64,000 nucleotides of DNA from Actinomycetales bacterium (GTDB taxonomy: Bacteria > Actinomycetota > Actinomycetes > JAJZTN01): the NCBI GenBank assembly GCA_051960855.1, contig JBQCDV010000091.1, forward strand, positions 56,347 through 120,346. The letters are read 5' to 3'. The translations under genes and the position numbers were made by a program. Positions within the stretch are counted from its first letter, which is position 1. Each line of letters begins with the position of its first letter. The notes below the pieces were generated by a model that saw only the letters and a list, made by a program, of their open reading frames with translations, had not been told where the DNA came from and did no database searches. Shown here piece by piece: positions 19,935 to 29,432 of this stretch.

Positions 19935-21379
19935 GCGTGACGTGGCTGGGCGTCCCAGCCTTTCCCGAGGCGGCGCACGAACAGCTCGGCAACGAGCAGC
20001 TGCGCGCGAACCTGCGGCACGCCACCACCACCATCCGGGCCAAGCGGGCTGCGGTCGTCGCCGAGGTGCCGGACTGGCAGGAGGTCCGGCACCGGGCCGC
20101 CACCACCAAGGACGACGTTCTGCAGTCGCTTGACGAGCACCTGCTGCGCTTCGAGGAGGCGGCCACCGCGGCGGGTGCGACCGTGCACTGGGCCCGCGAC
20201 GCCGCCGAGGCCAACGAGGTGGTGCTCGGTCTGGTGCAGGCGACCGGGCAGCGCGAGGTCGTCAAGGTCAAGTCGATGGCCACGCAGGAGATCGGCCTGG
20301 ACGAGGCCCTCGAGGCGGCGGGGATCGCCGCGCTCGAGACCGACCTCGCCGAGCTCATCGTGCAGCTGGCCGACGACCGCCCAAGCCACATCCTCGTGCC
20401 GGCGATCCACCGCAACCGTGAGGAGATCCGGCAGATCTTCGTCGAGCACATGGGGGAGCGTGGCGTGCCCGCCCCGCAGGGCCTCACGGCCGACCCACCC
20501 GCACTGGCCGAGGCCGCCCGACGCCACCTGCGGCAGAAGTTCCTCTCCGCCAAGGTCGGCATCTCAGGAGCCAACTTCGCCGTCGCCGAGACGGGCAGCC
20601 TCGTGGTCGTCGAGTCCGAAGGCAACGGGCGGATGTGCCTGACCCTGCCCGAGACGCTGATCTCGGTCGTCGGCATCGAGAAGATCGTGCCGCGCTGGTC
20701 GGACCTCGCCGACTTCCTCACCCTCCTGCCGCGGTCGTCGACGGGGGAGCGGATGAACCCCTACACGTCGGTGTGGACCGGCGTCACGCCTGGCGACGGT
20801 CCGCAGGACGTCCACATCGTGCTCGTCGACAACGGCCGCACCCGCGTCCTCGCCGACCCGGTGGGCCGCCAGGCGCTGCGCTGCATCCGCTGCTCGGCCT
20901 GCCTCAACGTCTGCCCGGTCTACGAGCGGGTTGGCGGCCACGCCTACGGCAGCGTCTACCCTGGCCCCATCGGCGCGATCCTCACTCCTCAGCTCGGCGG
21001 GATGGCCAACGAGGTCGAGCGGTCGCTGCCCTTCGCCTCCTCGCTCTGCGGCGCCTGCTACGAGGTCTGCCCGGTGGAGATCGACATCCCCTCGGTGCTC
21101 GTGCACTTGCGGGCCACGGCCGTTGACGCGGAGCGTTCGGACTCGACTCACCGCGCCGAACGCACCGTGATGCGGCTCGCCGCCGCCGTCCTGTCGCGGC
21201 CCCGGCTGCTCGCCGCGGCGCAGCGGGCCAGTGGCCTGCTGGGCCAGCTGCCCGGCGTGGGGCCGCGGCTGCGATGGGCGCCGGGTCCCGGCCGGGACTG
21301 GACACGGTCGCGTGACCTGCCGGTGCCGCCCGCGGAGTCGTTCCGAGCGGCAGAGGGCAGCGAGGGGCGGTGGCCGTGA
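19931..21379 (+). CDS. lutB: lactate utilization protein B (4Fe-4S iron-sulfur protein)
   Basis: CIRCSACLNVCP and CGACYEVCP ferredoxin motifs; GTGA overlap with the lutA stop. Confidence 0.9.
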   Translation: MSVTWLGVPAFPEAAHEQLGNEQLRANLRHATTTIRAKRAAVVAEVPDWQEVRHRAATTKDDVLQSLDEHLLRFEEAATAAGATVHWARDAAEANEVVLGLVQATGQREVVKVKSMATQEIGLDEALEAAGIAALETDLAELIVQLADDRPSHILVPAIHRNREEIRQIFVEHMGERGVPAPQGLTADPPALAEAARRHLRQKFLSAKVGISGANFAVAETGSLVVVESEGNGRMCLTLPETLISVVGIEKIVPRWSDLADFLTLLPRSSTGERMNPYTSVWTGVTPGDGPQDVHIVLVDNGRTRVLADPVGRQALRCIRCSACLNVCPVYERVGGHAYGSVYPGPIGAILTPQLGGMANEVERSLPFASSLCGACYEVCPVEIDIPSVLVHLRATAVDAERSDSTHRAERTVMRLAAAVLSRPRLLAAAQRASGLLGQLPGVGPRLRWAPGPGRDWTRSRDLPVPPAESFRAAEGSEGRWP

Positions 21380-22122
21380 ACGCCCGCGACGAGGTCCTGT
21401 CACGCGTGCGACACGCGACCCGAACGCCGTCCGCCCCGCTGACCTCCGACGTCGGCATCCCCTCGTCGCCGGCGCCGACCAGCGCGCCGTCTCCGGCGAC
21501 CGCCGCCTCGGTCGCGGGTGCCGCGGCTGCCGAGCGTGACGGCGCTCGCTCTCGGGTCACCATCGAGCTGTTCGTCGAGCGGGTGCGTGACTACCGGGCG
21601 CAGGTGGTGGAGGTACCGGCCTCGGAGGTGGCCGGTGCGGTGGCACGCCTGCTCGACGAGAGTCACGAGGGGCACGAGGGGCAGCAGGTGCACGAGGGGC
21701 AGCAGGCTCAGCGGAGCCGCGTGGTGGCCCCGCCGGGAGTGCCGGATGAGTGGCTGGCCGCACTCGATCCGGATCGGCTGCACCGGGACCAGCCCGTGCT
21801 GAGCGTGGACGAGCTGGACGCGGCGGCAGCGGTCATCACGGGGGCCGCAGTCGGTATCGCCGAGACCGGCACCATCGTCCTCGACGGCTCATCGGACCAG
21901 GGGCGGCGAGCTCTCACGCTCGTGCCCGATCACCACATCGTCGTCATCTCGCAGGCGCAGGTGGTGCGCGACGTGCGTGCTGCGATCGCGGCGCTGTCGC
22001 CGACCCGGCCGCTCACCTTCATCAGCGGACCGTCCGCGACCAGCGACATCGAGCTCTCCCGTGTCGAAGGCGTGCACGGCCCCCGCCGCCTCGATGTCGT
22101 CGTGCTGACGAAAACTACTTAA
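21370..22122 (+). CDS. lutC: lactate utilization protein C (LUD domain)
   Basis: LUD/YkgG family; GTG start overlapping the lutB stop. Confidence 0.8.
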   Translation: MAVNARDEVLSRVRHATRTPSAPLTSDVGIPSSPAPTSAPSPATAASVAGAAAAERDGARSRVTIELFVERVRDYRAQVVEVPASEVAGAVARLLDESHEGHEGQQVHEGQQAQRSRVVAPPGVPDEWLAALDPDRLHRDQPVLSVDELDAAAAVITGAAVGIAETGTIVLDGSSDQGRRALTLVPDHHIVVISQAQVVRDVRAAIAALSPTRPLTFISGPSATSDIELSRVEGVHGPRRLDVVVLTKTT

Positions 22123-22150
22123 CGTGAGTCTGACGAAAAGGAGTGACGCG

Positions 22151-23338
22151 GTGCCAGATGAGCGCGTGCGACTCGTGCAGCGGATGCGGAGCTTCGGTGC
22201 GACGATCTTCGCCGAGATGTCCGCGCTGGCGGTGCAGCACGACGCGGTGAACCTGGGCCAGGGTTTCCCCGACACCGACGGGCCGGCGGTGGTGCTGGAG
22301 GCGGCGAAGGCCGCGATCGACAGCGGTCGCAACCAGTACCCGCCGGGCCGCGGCATCCCCGAGCTGCTGCAGGCGGTGTCGCACCACCAGAAGCGCTTCT
22401 ACGGCATCGACCTCGACCCGCAGCGTGAGGTCCTCGTGACCGCCGGTGCCACCGAGGCGATCGCTGCCGCCGTGCTCGCGCTCGCAGGCCCCGGTGACGA
22501 CGTCGTGGTGCTCGAGCCGTTCTACGACTCCTACGCCGCGGTGGTCGCGCTCGCCGGGGCCCGGCTGCGGCCGGTCACGCTGCACGCCCCGGAGTTCGAG
22601 CTCACCCGCGAGGCGCTCGAGGCGGCGGTCACCCCGCAGACGCGCGTGCTGCTGCTCAACACCCCGCACAATCCGACGGGTCGAGTCCTGACGCGCGAGG
22701 AGCTGCAGCTCGTCGCCGACGTCTGCGTCGCCCACGACCTGGTCGCGGTCGTCGACGAGGTCTACGAGCACCTCGTGTACGACGGCGAGCACCACGCGCT
22801 GGCGACGTTCGGGGGGATGTGGGAGCGGACGCTGAAGATCTCGAGCGCCGCCAAGACCTTCTCGGTCACCGGCTGGAAGGTCGGGTGGGTCACCGGGCCC
22901 CGGGACCTCGTCGACGCGGTGCTGACGGTCAAGCAGTTCCTCACCTTCGTCAACGCCGCGCCGCTGCAGCCGGCGGTGGCCGTCGCCCTTGCCCTGCCGG
23001 AGGCCTACTTCGACGAGCTGCGCGAGTCGCACCGGGCACGGCGAGACCTGCTTGCCAGCGGGCTACGCCAGGTCGGGCTCACGCCGCTGCGCGCGGAGGG
23101 CACCTACTTCCAGTGCGTCGACGTGGCCGAGCTCGGTGAGACGGACGCGCTCGACTTCTGCCGGCGGCTGCCGGGGGAGGTGGGGGTCGCCGCCGTCCCG
23201 GTGTCGGTCTTCTACCAGACGCAGGGGGTGGGCCGGACTCTGGTGCGCTTCGCCTTCTGCAAGCGCGAGGAGGTCATCGCGGAGGCGGTCCGGCGGCTGG
23301 AGGCTGCTGTCTCATCTCGAACTACGCTGCCTGCGTGA
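22151..23338 (+). CDS. class I/II PLP-dependent aminotransferase (Rv2231c/CobC- or DapC-like)
   Basis: Aminotransferase fold with SAAKTFSVTGWKVG Lys motif; AAGGAG RBS then GTG 22151. Confidence 0.85.
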   Translation: MPDERVRLVQRMRSFGATIFAEMSALAVQHDAVNLGQGFPDTDGPAVVLEAAKAAIDSGRNQYPPGRGIPELLQAVSHHQKRFYGIDLDPQREVLVTAGATEAIAAAVLALAGPGDDVVVLEPFYDSYAAVVALAGARLRPVTLHAPEFELTREALEAAVTPQTRVLLLNTPHNPTGRVLTREELQLVADVCVAHDLVAVVDEVYEHLVYDGEHHALATFGGMWERTLKISSAAKTFSVTGWKVGWVTGPRDLVDAVLTVKQFLTFVNAAPLQPAVAVALALPEAYFDELRESHRARRDLLASGLRQVGLTPLRAEGTYFQCVDVAELGETDALDFCRRLPGEVGVAAVPVSVFYQTQGVGRTLVRFAFCKREEVIAEAVRRLEAAVSSRTTLPA

Positions 23339-24213
23339 CCCACGCGCAGACTCCTCCCACGCTGCGGCAGGTCGTGGGGCTGATGGACGCGCTCTGGCCT
23401 CCGTCGACGGCGGAGAGCTGGGATGCCGTCGGTCTGACGGTAGGTGACCCTGACGCTTCCGTCAGGCGCGTGATGTTCGCGGTCGACCCGGTCGACGACG
23501 TCATCGAGGAGGCCGTCGACTGGGGCGCCGACCTGCTGGTCACCCACCATCCGCTGCTGCTGCGTCCGGTGTCCTCGGTCGCCGCCGTGACTCCCAAGGG
23601 CCGCATGGTTACCCGGCTGCTGCGGCACGGGATGGCGCTGTACACCGCCCACACCAACGCCGACAAGGCTTCCCCCGGGGTCAGCGACGCCCTCGCCGCT
23701 GCTCTCGGCGTGGTGGACACCGTCCCGCTGCGGCCCGACGCGGGCAGCGACGCCACGGGCATCGGCCGCGTCGGACGGCTGGAGGGGAACGAGACGCTGG
23801 AGTCGTTCGCCGAGCGGGTCGCCTCGGCGCTGCCCGTCGGCCCCGGCGGCGTCCGCGTGGCCGGGGACCCACGTCGTCCGGTGCGCCGGGTCGCCGTGAG
23901 CGGCGGCGCCGGCGACGACCTCTTCTCGGAGGTGCGAGCCGCTGACGTGGATGCCTTCGTGACGGCCGACCTGCGTCACCATCCGGCGTCGGAGGCACTC
24001 GCCCACGGCGGGCCGGCCCTGCTCGACGCCGGGCACTTCGCGACCGAGTGGCCCTGGCTGCCGGTCGCGGCGGCGCAGATCGAGGCGGAGGTGCGCACGC
24101 TCGGCGATACCGTGGGGGCTGTGGAGACCCGGGTGTCGACGGTCTGCACGGACCCCTGGACGGCCCTCGCGCTGCCGTCCGGACTGCCTCGACCGTCAAG
24201 GAGCACGCCCTGA
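23335..24213 (+). CDS. Nif3-like dinuclear metal center protein
   Basis: NIF3 family signature (LLVTHHP…AHTNAD); GTGA overlap with the aminotransferase stop. Confidence 0.85.
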   Translation: MTHAQTPPTLRQVVGLMDALWPPSTAESWDAVGLTVGDPDASVRRVMFAVDPVDDVIEEAVDWGADLLVTHHPLLLRPVSSVAAVTPKGRMVTRLLRHGMALYTAHTNADKASPGVSDALAAALGVVDTVPLRPDAGSDATGIGRVGRLEGNETLESFAERVASALPVGPGGVRVAGDPRRPVRRVAVSGGAGDDLFSEVRAADVDAFVTADLRHHPASEALAHGGPALLDAGHFATEWPWLPVAAAQIEAEVRTLGDTVGAVETRVSTVCTDPWTALALPSGLPRPSRSTP

Positions 24214-24953
24214 AAGCCGCACCGCACGACCAGCTCCGCCTGCTCGACCTGCAGAGCCTCGACACCCGCCTCGACCAGCTGGCCCACCGGCGTCGTGCCC
24301 TGCCCGAGCACGCCCAGGTGGACGCGCTGACGAGCCGGCTCGCTGCGCTGCGCGATCTCCTCGTTGCCGCCCGCACGGTCGTGTCGGACACCGAGCGCGA
24401 GCAGGGCAAGGCCGAGACCGACGTCGCCCAGGTGCGGGAGCGGGCCGCTCGCGACCAGCAGCGGCTGGACTCCGGTGCCGTCACCTCCCCGAAGGAGCTG
24501 GAGAACCTTCAGCACGAGATCGCCTCCCTGCAGCGACGCCAGAGCACCCTCGAGGACGTCGAGCTCGAGGTCATGGAGCGCTTGGAGGCTGCGCAGTCGC
24601 GGGTCACCGAGCTCGAGGCCGAGCAGTCGGACCTCGAGGCGGAGCTGGCCCAGGTGCAGGCGCGGCGCGACGCTGCCCAGGCCGACATCGACGACGAGGC
24701 CGCCACCACGACCTCCCTGCGCACCACGCTCGCCGGCCAGATCCAGCCGGACCTGGTGACGCTCTACGAGAAGGTGCGGTCCTCCTCCGGCGGCGTCGGC
24801 GCGGCGCCGATCAAGCACCGCCAGTGCCAGGGCTGCCGCCTCGAGCTCAACCCGGTCGACCTCGGGCGCTTCCGGGACGCTCCGGCGGACGAGGTGCTGC
24901 GCTGCGAGGAGTGCCGCCGGATCCTGGTGCGCACGGAGGAGTCCGGGCTGTGA
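24210..24953 (+). CDS. DUF164 zinc-ribbon coiled-coil protein (Rv2229c-like)
   Basis: Coiled-coil region then CQGCRLE…CEECRRIL zinc ribbon; no ATG/GTG/TTG in frame near the expected N-terminus; CTG at 24210 follows AAGGAG by 6 nt. Confidence 0.7.
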   Translation: MKAAPHDQLRLLDLQSLDTRLDQLAHRRRALPEHAQVDALTSRLAALRDLLVAARTVVSDTEREQGKAETDVAQVRERAARDQQRLDSGAVTSPKELENLQHEIASLQRRQSTLEDVELEVMERLEAAQSRVTELEAEQSDLEAELAQVQARRDAAQADIDDEAATTTSLRTTLAGQIQPDLVTLYEKVRSSSGGVGAAPIKHRQCQGCRLELNPVDLGRFRDAPADEVLRCEECRRILVRTEESGL

Positions 24954-25849
24954 GCCGCCGCCTCATCATCGAGGCCGACGGCGGGTCGAGGGGGAATCCT
25001 GGCCCTGCTGCCTATGGGGCGCTGGTGCGCGACGCCGAGACGGGCGTCGTACTGGCCGAGCGCAACGAGCACATCGGCCGCGCCACCAACAACGTGGCGG
25101 AGTACCGGGGCCTCATCGCCGGTCTCGAGGCGGTCCGCGCCCTCGACCCGACGGCCACCCTCGAGGTCCGCATGGACTCCAAGCTCGTCATCGAGCAGAT
25201 GGCCGGGCGGTGGAAGGTCAAGCACCCCGACATGATCCCGCTCGCGCTGCGGGCGCAGCGGCTGCTGCCGTCAGGCGAGGTGCGCTGGCAGTGGGTCCCA
25301 CGCGAGCGCAACAAGGACGCCGACCGGCTGGTCAACCAGGCGCTGGACGAGGCGCTGTCGACGGGGGCCGGGGCACGGCGTGCCGGTGCAGCGTCCCGCG
25401 CCCGCGAAGCCCAGCAGCAGGTGCTGCTCGACCCCCCCGACCCGGAGGTCACCGCCCGCGGGGCAGCCGCCGCCCGCGAGGCGCTACGTCGAAGCACCCG
25501 TCCGTCGCCGGCCGCCCTCGTCGCGGAGTTCCACGAGCGGTTCGAGCTCGTGACCCAGACCTCGCCGAGCGCGAGCGACATCCCGGGTGACCTCGCCGAG
25601 CTGCGGCAGCGGCTGCTGGAGGAGGAGGTGGCCCAGCTGCGCACCGCGGTCGGCGCCGTCGACGTTGCAGGGGTGGCCCGCGAGCTCGCCGACGTCGTCT
25701 ACGTCGCCTACGGCACGGCCCTCACCTACGGCATCGACCTCGACGCCGTCCTCGCCGAGGTCCACCGCGCCGCCCTCGCCGGCGCGGCCGACCGGCCGGT
25801 CGAGCCCGACGTCGCCGGGGTGCTGGGGCTGCAACCGCGCGAGGACTAG
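24950..25849 (+). CDS. rnhA: ribonuclease HI fused to a MazG-like NTP pyrophosphohydrolase-type all-alpha domain
   Basis: RNase H core (IIEADGGSRGNPGPAAYG … DADRLVNQAL); C-terminal EEEVAQLRTA…ELADVVYVAYGTALTYGIDLD resembles a MazG/HisE-type motif; GTG start overlaps the DUF164 stop. Confidence 0.75.
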   Translation: MSRRLIIEADGGSRGNPGPAAYGALVRDAETGVVLAERNEHIGRATNNVAEYRGLIAGLEAVRALDPTATLEVRMDSKLVIEQMAGRWKVKHPDMIPLALRAQRLLPSGEVRWQWVPRERNKDADRLVNQALDEALSTGAGARRAGAASRAREAQQQVLLDPPDPEVTARGAAAAREALRRSTRPSPAALVAEFHERFELVTQTSPSASDIPGDLAELRQRLLEEEVAQLRTAVGAVDVAGVARELADVVYVAYGTALTYGIDLDAVLAEVHRAALAGAADRPVEPDVAGVLGLQPRED

Positions 25850-27111
25850 AAGGGCACGACCAGGCTCGGCAGCCAGAGCGCGAGCACGCACGCCACGAGG
25901 GTGACCGGCACGCTGAGCGCCCCGAGTGCGTGGAAGGTCGAGGCCCGCACCTGCTCGTCGCGCTGGCCCAGCACCCGCCGCCAGAGCAGCACCGCGAGCG
26001 AGCCGACGTAGGTGAGGTTCGGGCCGACGTTGACCCCGATGAGCGCGGCCAGGACAGCGGGGACAGCGGGGGCGCCAGCCGGCGCGACCAGGGGGAGCAG
26101 CAGGAGGATCGCCGGCAGGTTGTTGAGCAGGTTCGAGGCGACCGCGGCGACCACGGCGATCCCGAGTAGCGCGGGCAGGGAGGCGCCGGCCGGCACGAGG
26201 TGCCCGAGGAGCCGGCCGAGCGGGCCGGAGGCGACGGCCGCGACGACGACCCCCAGCGCGAGGACGAACACGGCAAAGCCGACGTTGGCCGACCGGATCG
26301 CCGCGCGGGTGTCCAGCCGCCGGCGACGCACGGTGTGCACCGCCAGGACGACCGCGCCCGCGGCGGCCACCCAGACCGGGGCGACCCCGAGCGGCTCTCC
26401 GGCGATGAAACCCGCGAGCACACACACCACGACGATCAGCGCTGCGCGCGGGTAGGGCCGCGGCGGACGCTGCGACCGCACGGGGACTGCGCGCAGGTCC
26501 GTCCGGAACCAGGTGCGCAGCACCGCCCACTCGACGACGACGGCGACCAGCCACGGCAGCGCCATTCGGGCCGTGAATCCTCTGAAGGACAGGCCGGTCG
26601 CGGCGACGGCGAGCAGGTTGGTGAGGTTCGAGACCGGCAGCAGCAGCGAGGCCGAGTTCGCCAGGTGCGCGCAGGCGTAGGTGTGCGGACGGGAGGGGAC
26701 GCGCACCTCGCGGGCGGCGAGCAGCACGACCGGCGTGAGCAGGATGACCGTGGCGTCGAGGCTGAGCGCCGCCGTCGTCACGGCTGCCGCAACGACGGTG
26801 CGGGCGAAGAGCACGTGCGCTCCCGAACGGCGTCCGCCACCGTTGCTGCGTGGTGCGAGCCGCTGGCCGACGGCGTCGAAGAGGCCTTCCTGCTCGCAGA
26901 GCTCGGCCAGCACGAGGACGGCAACGAGGAAGCCGACGACGGGCAGCAGACTCCTGACCTCGGCTCCGGCGCGCGGCAGGGACACGCCGCCGGTGGCGAT
27001 GACGAGCACCGCCGCCGGCACGGCCGCCACCGCCTCGGACAGGCCGCGCGGTCGCAGCACGGCGAAGACGAGGACGGCCACGAGGGCGAGCAGCGCGACA
27101 CCCGCCGTCAC
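25846..27111 (-). CDS. ArsB/NhaD-superfamily anion permease (arsenical pump-like membrane protein)
   Basis: 421-aa polytopic membrane protein with ArsB-like repeats; GTGA overlap with the yaaA stop. Confidence 0.75.
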   Translation of the reverse strand: MTAGVALLALVAVLVFAVLRPRGLSEAVAAVPAAVLVIATGGVSLPRAGAEVRSLLPVVGFLVAVLVLAELCEQEGLFDAVGQRLAPRSNGGGRRSGAHVLFARTVVAAAVTTAALSLDATVILLTPVVLLAAREVRVPSRPHTYACAHLANSASLLLPVSNLTNLLAVAATGLSFRGFTARMALPWLVAVVVEWAVLRTWFRTDLRAVPVRSQRPPRPYPRAALIVVVCVLAGFIAGEPLGVAPVWVAAAGAVVLAVHTVRRRRLDTRAAIRSANVGFAVFVLALGVVVAAVASGPLGRLLGHLVPAGASLPALLGIAVVAAVASNLLNNLPAILLLLPLVAPAGAPAVPAVLAALIGVNVGPNLTYVGSLAVLLWRRVLGQRDEQVRASTFHALGALSVPVTLVACVLALWLPSLVVPF

Positions 27112-27896
27112 GCCGGCTCCACCAGCTCCAACCGCCAGGGCTGCCCCGGGCGCGGCGGCTGGTGGAGGTCGGCGGCCCAGCGTCCGGTCGCCGCGACGAG
27201 CTCGGCCAGCTCCTCGGGGCGTCGCGGGGGAGACGCCGAGCGGAGCAGCTCACGGGCCAGCAGCCCCCGGCCGTGCTTGGCCATGTGACTGACGACCTGC
27301 CGCCGCCCGGCCTGCTCGCGCACCACGTGCACCTGCACCCAGCGTCCGGCGAGGTCGGGAGGGGCCGGCCAGGCGGCGACGTAGTCGCTGGAGCGGCAGT
27401 CGACGACGAGGCCCCGGGCGGTCGGCGGTCGCAGGGCGTCTGCCAAGGGGGCGCGCCACAGCCGCGGCAGCGGTCCGAGGCCGGGCAGGGTTGCCGACAT
27501 CGACAGCCGGTAGGGCGGGACCCGGTCGGCCGGGCGCAGCGCGCCCCACAGCCCGCTGACGATGACGAGCGACGAGGTGGCACGCCGCCGACTGCCCGAG
27601 GTCCAGGTGGCCGGGTCGAGGGCGTCGTAGAGGACGCCGGTGTAGACCTCGATCGCGGGCAGCGCGGGGGCTTCGAGCAGGCGCGTGTCGCGGGCGACCT
27701 CGTCGAGCTGCGTGGGTCCCAGCCCGAGGGCTGCCGCCGCCGCGGACGGATCGGTGCGGCACAGCTCCACGAGGGTCTCGAGCACCCGGGCGCGGGTCTC
27801 GGTGAGCTCGGGGAAGGACAGGCTGTCCAGCCGCACGGGCGCCCGGCGGGAGGCGGCGCTCGTCTTGCCCTCGCTGGGGGGCAGCAGGATCAGCAT
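27108..27896 (-). CDS. yaaA: peroxide stress protein YaaA (UPF0246/DUF328)
   Basis: MLILLPPSEGK N-terminus and YaaA core; the remainder of the 639-aa ORF is antisense to the RNB gene. Confidence 0.85.
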   Translation of the reverse strand: MLILLPPSEGKTSAASRRAPVRLDSLSFPELTETRARVLETLVELCRTDPSAAAAALGLGPTQLDEVARDTRLLEAPALPAIEVYTGVLYDALDPATWTSGSRRRATSSLVIVSGLWGALRPADRVPPYRLSMSATLPGLGPLPRLWRAPLADALRPPTARGLVVDCRSSDYVAAWPAPPDLAGRWVQVHVVREQAGRRQVVSHMAKHGRGLLARELLRSASPPRRPEELAELVAATGRWAADLHQPPRPGQPWRLELVEPA

Positions 27897-27989
27897 CGAG
27901 GGGCCGCCGCCGAGGGGAGGGGGCTCGCGGGCGGCACGAGTGGGAAGCGTAACGAGCGCGAATCCTCGGCGCAGCCCTAGGCTTCCCGA

Positions 27990-29411
27990 GTGGCGGCCCG
28001 GCACGTGAGACTGACGGAGACGGACGGCCGCGTGCTCCGAGAGGGCTTCGCCGCGATCCGGCGCGAGCTGGAGGTCCCGGAGACGTTCCCACCGGAGGTG
28101 CTGGATGCGGCCCGCGCCGCAGCCGAGCGACCCGTTGATGACGGCGACCGGACGGACCTGCGAGCCACGGCGTTCTTCACGCTCGACCCGCCTGGGTCGA
28201 TGGACCTGGACCAGGCGATGTTCCTCGAGCGCACGGGGACGGGCTTCGTCGTTCGGTACGCCATCGCCGATGTCGCCTCCTTCGTCGCGACCGACGGCCC
28301 GGTGGACGCCGAGGCGCGACGCCGGGGCGAGACCCTGTACAGCCCGGACACGCGCACGCCGCTGCATCCACCCGTGCTGTCGGAGGGCGCGGCGAGCCTG
28401 CTGCCCGACCAGGACCGGCGCGCTGTCGTCTGGACGCTGACCCTCGACGGCGACGGAGAGCTCACCGGCACCCACCTCGAGCGGGCTCTGGTGCGGTCCT
28501 GCCGGCGGCTCGACTACGCCGGCATGGCCGGGCTGCTCGCCGGCGGCGACGAGCAGGCCCAGCTGCTTGCCGAGATCGGCCGGCTGCGGGTGCAGCGCGG
28601 GGTCGAGCGAGGTGCGGTCGACCTGCCGATACCGGAGCAGGAGGTGGAGGCGGTCGGCGGCGGCTACCGCCTGACCTACCGGGAGGTGTCGGCGGCCGAC
28701 CGCTGGAACGCCCAGATCTCCCTGCTCACCGGTATGGCCGCCGCCCGGATCATGCTCGACGGCCGGATCGGGATCCTGCGCACGCTGCCGCCCGCGCCGG
28801 AGTCGGCCGAGACCAGGCTGCGCGCGACGGCCGCGAGCCTGGGTGTGGACTGGCCCGCCGAGGAGAGCTTCGCGGCCCTGGTGCCCGGTCTCGACCCCAG
28901 CCGCCCCGCGGTGGCGGCTCTGGTGCAGGAGGCGACGGTGCTGCTGCGCGGCGCCGGCTACACCGCCTTCGACGGCGAGCTGCCGAAGCAGCCCGAGCAC
29001 GCTGCGGTCGCCGCTCCCTACAGCCACGTCACGGCCCCACTGCGCCGCCTGGTGGACCGGTTTGCCACCGAGGTGGTCCTCGCCCTCGTCGCCGGCCGCG
29101 ACGTCGACCCGGATATCCGCGCCGCCCTGCCGGAGCTGCCCGCTCTGATGTCGGCGGCCGACGAGCGGGCCGGGCGGCTCGAGCGCGCCTGCCTCGACCT
29201 CGTCGAGGCGACCGTGCTGCAGTCGCGGGTGGGGGAGGAGTTTGCGGGCTCCGTCGTCGACATCCGCGAGGGCGGCGGGACCGTGCTGCTGCGCGACGAG
29301 GCGGTCCGCGCCCCCGTGACCGGGGAGGGCCTGCGGCTCGGCGAGCAGGTGCGGGTGCGCCTGACCGAGGCCGATCCCGAACGCCGCAGCGTGCGCTTCT
29401 CGTGTGCCTGA
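27990..29411 (+). CDS. RNB-domain ribonuclease (RNase II/R family, no S1/CSD domains)
   Basis: TLDPPGSMDLDQA resembles RNB motif I (D-x5-D-x-D-D-A) with the last Asp replaced by Gln. Confidence 0.7.
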   Translation: MAARHVRLTETDGRVLREGFAAIRRELEVPETFPPEVLDAARAAAERPVDDGDRTDLRATAFFTLDPPGSMDLDQAMFLERTGTGFVVRYAIADVASFVATDGPVDAEARRRGETLYSPDTRTPLHPPVLSEGAASLLPDQDRRAVVWTLTLDGDGELTGTHLERALVRSCRRLDYAGMAGLLAGGDEQAQLLAEIGRLRVQRGVERGAVDLPIPEQEVEAVGGGYRLTYREVSAADRWNAQISLLTGMAAARIMLDGRIGILRTLPPAPESAETRLRATAASLGVDWPAEESFAALVPGLDPSRPAVAALVQEATVLLRGAGYTAFDGELPKQPEHAAVAAPYSHVTAPLRRLVDRFATEVVLALVAGRDVDPDIRAALPELPALMSAADERAGRLERACLDLVEATVLQSRVGEEFAGSVVDIREGGGTVLLRDEAVRAPVTGEGLRLGEQVRVRLTEADPERRSVRFSCA

Positions 29412-29432
29412 CCTGCCTCTAGGCTGGGGGCG

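Noticed and set aside
27108-29027. 639-aa minus ORF
   Set aside because: Only the C-terminal 262 aa (YaaA, MLILLPPSEGK start) is coding; the rest is antisense to the RNB ribonuclease
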